A stretch of 63,983 nucleotides of DNA, counting the filler, from Hausera hauseri (taxonomy: Eukaryota): assembly GCA_046269625.1 (NCBI GenBank). It is 13 parts of 13 records of this genome, joined end to end, with 100 filler letters (N's around TTAATTAATTAA, not from the genome) between each part and the next. Parts side by side here need not be neighbours in the genome. Positions count along the whole stretch, not along the records: positions 60,036 to 63,983 come from JBJURY010866074.1; 12 more parts are not named here. One strand, given 5' to 3'. Shown here one piece after another: positions 63,001 through 63,983 of this stretch. Every line of letters begins with the position of its first letter. Position 1 is the stretch's first letter. Both the position numbers and the translations under genes were made by a program. The notes below the pieces were generated by a model. The model made no database searches and was not told the DNA's origin. It was given only the letters and a program-made list of their open reading frames with translations.

Positions 63001-63983
63001 GGTGTAGGATAGCAGTATTAAAATAGTGTTTGAAGAGGTAATTTTGTCTAGTGAATGTACCGAACCAACACAATCATAGTTGTCAAAACCAAATCTCGAC
63101 GGAATATCCATATTATCATTGAAAAATTTACGAAATGATAAATACTTGTTGAAGAAGTTTGGATTACTTACAGGATTTTTGAGTATAGACTTCCGCGAGA
63201 AGATCGTTTGCGCCTTAGCGGATATACTATTTATTTGCTTAGTAAGATATCCAATAATGTTACGTTTCAGATATTGTTGTTTGCAATCAACTAAAAGATT
63301 ATATTTCGATAAGAAATCCGAACCTAGGATTGCTGTGCGGACGTTAGCGATGGTAAACATTCAATGAAACGTGGAATGAAATTTTGGTTAGGTGAACGAC
63401 AATTTAGATGTACCTGAAATGCCAAGCGGTTGTCCTGAAGCCGTAAATAACGATTTAGCTTTAAATGGTGAATTTTGTACAGGGAAAATGAGTGGTATCA
63501 GAGAAACCGCAGCGCCTGTGTCGATAAGGAAGTCTATGGATTGATTTGTTGATATGGTTATCGAAGCCTTTAGTGTGAAGACTGCAAAAGAAGTGTGTCG
63601 GCAGGTAGTATTAGAGAAGTTGCCTTTGCTAGACTCTGCCGGCGGCTAAATTAGTTTTTTTTGGATTGGTGAGATTGGCCGACTATTACTAGGGGAAATA
63701 GAACGTCTGTACTAGTATGGTTAGCGGTGTTCTTATAGTTGCAGCCTGAAGCAAACAATCTTGTCTGAATGTAAATTTGGAGTGTAATATCTACAACCTA
63801 AACAGCATTTATTAGCTTTATTATTAAGTTTGCTATGATAATTGCACACAAAATATCGTGTAGGCGATGGTGACCTGTTTCTGGAAACAGAATGAGTAAG
63901 ATTATAAATAGGAACACTTCGTCGTGGTAATGAAAGATCGTTCAACCTATTATTAATGTTATTTATTGTCTGTTGTAGTGCTA
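60036..63983 (-). mobile_element. CsRn1-clade Gypsy element (gag CHCC, PR, RT, RH, INT, tail), degenerate
   Basis: CNYH..ANKCCLGC gag motif, FLIDTGA, YIDD, TDAS, HHPG..CVACQK, KSVTFSTYS. Confidence 0.92.

Overview
This is not one locus. It is 13 short contigs of an AT-rich animal genome, joined by artificial 100-bp spacers (N44-TTAATTAATTAA-N44). An animal source is inferred from protocadherin-, Dispatched- and SANBR-like fragments. Almost everything is decayed mobile DNA, in four groups. (1) Four copies of a CsRn1-clade Ty3/Gypsy family (contigs 3, 4, 8, 13). Their LTRs share only a pre-PPT/PPT motif and a TGxxGTGC start, then carry different, apparently intronless, sense-oriented host gene fragments: bestrophin, protocadherin, SANBR/KIAA1841 and, behind a PBS, a Dispatched/tRNA-Leu/DPAGT1 mosaic. 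One 1276-bp TG..CA cargo LTR has a clean 5-bp TSD, so it moved as a unit. (2) A second Gypsy lineage (contigs 1, 10; contig 2 has a similar layout) with retrovirus-like accessory genes: a C-x9-CC/FN3 type-I membrane protein after integrase, and a catalytically dead DEDDh (REX4/ISG20-like) nuclease, probably inside U3, predicted to be expressed by splicing from an ATG micro-exon in the LTR. That LTR has a CArG-box array and a tRNA-His PBS. (3) Four fragments of a Maverick/Polinton family (contigs 6, 7, 11, 12) with packaging ATPase, integrase-chromodomain, two tandem minor capsid genes, a pVI-like protein, MCP, adenain protease, dUTPase, a DnaQ-like gene and an unexpected two-repeat TATA-binding-protein-like gene. 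(4) A hAT remnant, other gag/pol remnants and a 2.4-kb (TTCN)n microsatellite. All protein assignments are by-eye motif recognition; no searches were run.
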